From positions 431,051 through 495,050 of the forward strand of contig CAVRWB010000019.1 in assembly GCA_963724775.1 (NCBI GenBank): a stretch of 64,000 nt of DNA, given 5' to 3'. The position numbers and the translations under genes were made by a program. Below, piece after piece: positions 60,134 to 64,000 of this stretch; within the stretch, counting starts at the first letter, position 1; the number at the start of each line of letters is the position of its first letter. Source of the stretch: an uncultured Acidobacteriota bacterium. Lineage in GTDB: Bacteria; Acidobacteriota; Vicinamibacteria; Vicinamibacterales; Fen-181. Under the pieces are notes generated by a model. The model made no database searches. It had not been told where the DNA came from and worked only from the letters and a program-made list of their open reading frames with translations.

Positions 60134-60161
60134 GAGGCGGGGAGGTTCCCCCGCCTTTTTT
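60134..60161 (+). terminator. Intrinsic terminator
   Basis: AGGCGGGG/CCCCGCCT stem followed by a T run, downstream of the 59718 gene. Confidence 0.7.
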
Positions 60162-60169
60162 AGGATTAG

Positions 60170-60226
60170 AAATACGACTCAAACAGTCCTGTTTGTGGTA
60201 TATTGGAGACCATATTGGTCGGAGTG
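60170..60226 (+). promoter_or_regulatory. suf promoter with two Rrf2/IscR-like boxes
   Basis: GACT-N5-AGTC (60176-60188) and GACC-N5-GGTC (60208-60220) flank an extended -10 TGgTATATT. Confidence 0.6.
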
Positions 60227-60388
60227 ACATGCTGACCGGAAGCCGGCCCCCAATTCCGGTCAGCTTTGCCACCACCCCGGCGTCGACGGTCGAGCGTCAA
60301 CCGTTGAGCGTCCAACGTGGAGCGTTCAGCGTTGAAGCGACGGTCGGCAGTTCCGAGGCCCGACCGATTCCAGCCTGAGGAGCCCCGG

Positions 60389-61830
60389 ATGAGCACTGCG
60401 GAACGGACGATCGAAGAACTTGCCACGCAGGATTACAGGTACGGCTTCGTCACCGAGATCGAGGCGGACACGATTCCGCGCGGTCTCAACGAGGACGTGG
60501 TCCGGTTGATTTCCGAGCGCAAGGGCGAGCCCGAGTGGCTGCTCGAATGGCGGTTGAAGGCGTACCGCACCTGGCTGACGCTCAAGGACCCCGACTGGGC
60601 CAACGTGAAGCACGACCCGATCGACTACCAGGACATCATCTATTTCTCGGCGCCCAAGAAGAAGCTGCAGAGCCTGGACGAGATGGACCCGGAGGTCCGC
60701 CGCACGTTCGAGAAGCTCGGCATCCCGATCGACGAGCAGAAGGCGCTGGCCGGCGTAGCCGTCGACGCGGTGTTCGACAGCGTGTCGGTGGCGACGACCT
60801 TCAAGGACGAAGCTTGCCGAGCTGGGGATCATCTTCTGTTCCTTCTCCGAAGCCGTGCGCGAGCACCCGGACCTCGTCCGGCAGTACCTCGGTTCGGTCG
60901 TGCCCTACTCGGACAACTTCTACGCGGCGCTGAACTCCGCGGTCTTTTCCGACGGCTCGTTCTGCTACATCCCGAAGGGCGTCCGCTGCCCGATGGAGCT
61001 CTCGACCTACTTCCGCATCAACGCGCAGAACACCGGCCAGTTCGAACGCACGCTGATCGTGGCCGACGAGGGGGCGACGGTGAGCTACCTCGAGGGCTGC
61101 ACGGCGCCGATGCGCGACGAGAACCAGCTGCACGCGGCCGTTGTCGAGCTGGTCGCGCTCGACGACGCCAGCATCAAGTATTCGACCGTCCAGAACTGGT
61201 ATCCGGGCGACAAGAACGGCAAGGGCGGGATCTACAACTTCGTGACCAAGCGCGGCCACTGCCGCGGCGCGAACTCGAAGATCACCTGGACGCAGGTCGA
61301 GACCGGCTCCGCGATCACCTGGAAGTACCCGAGCTGCATCCTGCAGGGCGACAACTCGGTCGGCGAGTTCTACTCGGTGGCGGTGACCAACAACTACCAG
61401 CAGGCGGACACCGGCACCAAGATGATCCACCTCGGGAAGAACACGCGCAGCACGATCGTGTCGAAGGGGATCTCGGCGGGCCACGGGCAGAACACGTACC
61501 GCGGCATGGTGAAGATCGGGAAGAACGCGGCCAACGCGCGCAACTACTCGCAGTGCGACTCGCTGCTGATCGGCGATCAGTGCGGCGCCCACACCTTCCC
61601 GTACATCGAGATCAAGAACACCTCCGCGCAGATGGAGCACGAGGCCTCGACGTCGAAGATCGGCGAGGACCAGATCTTCTACTGCCGCCAGCGCGGCCTC
61701 TCCAGCGAGGACGCGGTGAACATGATCGTCAGCGGGTTCTGCAAGGAAGTCTTCCGGGAGCTGCCGATGGAGTTCGCCGTCGAGGCGCAGAAGCTCCTCG
61801 GGCGTCAGCCTCGAAGGCTCCGTCGGGTAG
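60389..61830 (+). CDS. sufB: Fe-S cluster assembly protein SufB; frameshifts near 60812 and 61800
   Basis: [43 protein letters not shown] and C-terminal LEGSVG motifs. Confidence 0.95.
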
Positions 61831-61840
61831 CGGTTTGAAG

Positions 61841-61930
61841 CAGGCAGCTGGCGGCTGGCAGCTGGCGGCCTGTCCATCACGCGCGGGCGAGGCGGCGTCA
61901 ATGCCGGCTGCCCGCTGCAAGCTGCCAGCT
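61841..61930. repeat. Inverted heptamer arrays (GCTGGCR)n ... (GCTGCCN)n
   Basis: Two arms around a spacer between sufB and sufC. Confidence 0.8.
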
Positions 61931-61945
61931 TTCAGAGACGCGACC

Positions 61946-62702
<757 letters not shown>

Positions 62703-62703
<1 letters not shown>

Positions 62704-64000
62704 TGGGGACCACCACCCAGCCGCGCGGGACGGTGGAACGCTACGTCGCCGCGTTCGAGTTCCTCGAAGCGCGCCGGCGGCACGAGCCGGCCTGGCTGCG
62801 CGCGGCGCGGAGCCGGGCGATGGACCTGTTCGCCGGCCGCGGCTTTCCCGACCACGCAGGAAGAGGACTGGCGATTCACGAACCTGTCGCCCCTGGCGGC
62901 GCAGCCGTTCGCGTTGGCCAGCGGCGACGGGGCGGGTGAGAGGATGCCGGCCGCGGTGCCGCGCGTCCGGGGTCTCGAAGGCGCGGTGCTGGTCTTCGTG
63001 GACGGCCGATATGCGCCGGGCCTGTCGCGTCGCCGGCACGCGCGTCCGCGTCGCTGACGGTCGGCGACCTGGCGACCGTGCTCCGCGAGCGCGCCGCAGG
63101 CGATCGAGCCGCACCTCGGGCGCTACGTCGCCCTTGCCGATCGGCCGCTCGTCGCGCTGAACACCGCGCTCTTCGAGGACGGCGCGGTCGTCATGATCAG
63201 GCCGGGCGCGGTCGTCGAGGAGGCCGTTCAGCTCGTGTTCCTCTCCCGGCAGCCAGCCGGGCACCGCGTCGCACCCGCGCGTCCTCGTTGTCGCGGGCGA
63301 GAACAGCCAGGTGCGCCTCGTCGAGACGTTTGCCCCCGCAGGAAACGAGGCGGGCCGCTGCTTCACCAACGCGGTGACGGAGATCGTCGCGCTGGAAGGC
63401 GCCGTGGTCGATCACTACCGGTTGCAGCGCGAGAGCGAGTCGGCGTTCCACCTCGGGCTGACCCACCTGCAGGTCGGCCGGTCCAGCCAGCGCCTCGTCG
63501 CACGTGGTTTCGGTCGGCGGCGAGATCGCGCGCCACGACGCGGTGGCCGTGCTCGCGGGTCGAGGGCGCGGACTGCACGCTGAACGGGCTGTACCTCGGG
63601 CGACGGCCGGCAACTGCTCGACAACCACACCGAGATCGATCACGCCATGCCGAACGGCACGAGCCACGAGTTGTACAAGGGAATCCTGGACGGGCGGGCG
63701 AAGGGCGTCTTCAACGGGCGGATCAAGGTTCGCCCCGACGCGCAGAAGACGGACGCCAAGCAGACGAACAAGACGCTGCTGCTCTCCGACGAGGCGCAGG
63801 TCAACACCAAGCCGCAGCTGGAGATCTTCGCGAACGACGTGAAGTGCACCCACGGGGCGACGGTCGGGCAGCTGAACCCCGACGCGCTCTTCTACCTGCG
63901 GGCGCGCGGGATCGGCGAGGCGGACGCCCGCAGCCTGCTCGTTCGTGCGTTCGCCATGGACGTCCTGTCGCGGATGCGGCTCGAGCCGGTCCGCGAAGAG
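62703..64000 (+). CDS. sufD: Fe-S cluster assembly protein SufD (several frameshifts, runs off the window)
   Basis: EDWRFTNL, ALNTA, FNGRIKVRPDAQKTDA, KPQLEIFANDVKCTHGATVG and FYLRARGI motifs. Confidence 0.92.

Overview
High-GC bacterial chromosomal window, most likely Acidobacteriota (inferred from an acidobacterial-type VWA protein, an Oar-like TonB-dependent receptor, DUF5916 pair and ACIII operon). It holds about 50 mostly housekeeping or catabolic genes. These include glycoside-hydrolase-like proteins, manA, peptidases, glnS-ybaK, lpxD, a full alternative complex III (actABCDEFG) plus SCO plus caa3 (type A2) oxidase operon, topoisomerase IB, argH, a Na+/solute symporter and sufBCD. Many genes carry single-base indels that look like long-read errors. 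No CRISPR array, prophage, transposase, rRNA or tRNA was seen. Signals the ORF track misses: (1) an exported rhodanese with an in-frame TGA in a CxU motif followed by a SECIS-like hairpin (selenoprotein); (2) a ~100-nt structured RNA candidate; (3) about 17 short tandem arrays of 7- or 8-nt units, often inverted, at gene junctions and stop codons; (4) GTAG-type REPs that flank a DUF169 gene as an inverted cassette, truncate a neighbour, nest in each other and sit in-frame inside lpxD; (5) six genes with a -10 box exactly 6 nt before the start codon (leaderless); (6) a very divergent ~600-aa GlpX-like phosphatase coupled to lpxD; (7) a 43-aa membrane protein before the symporter.
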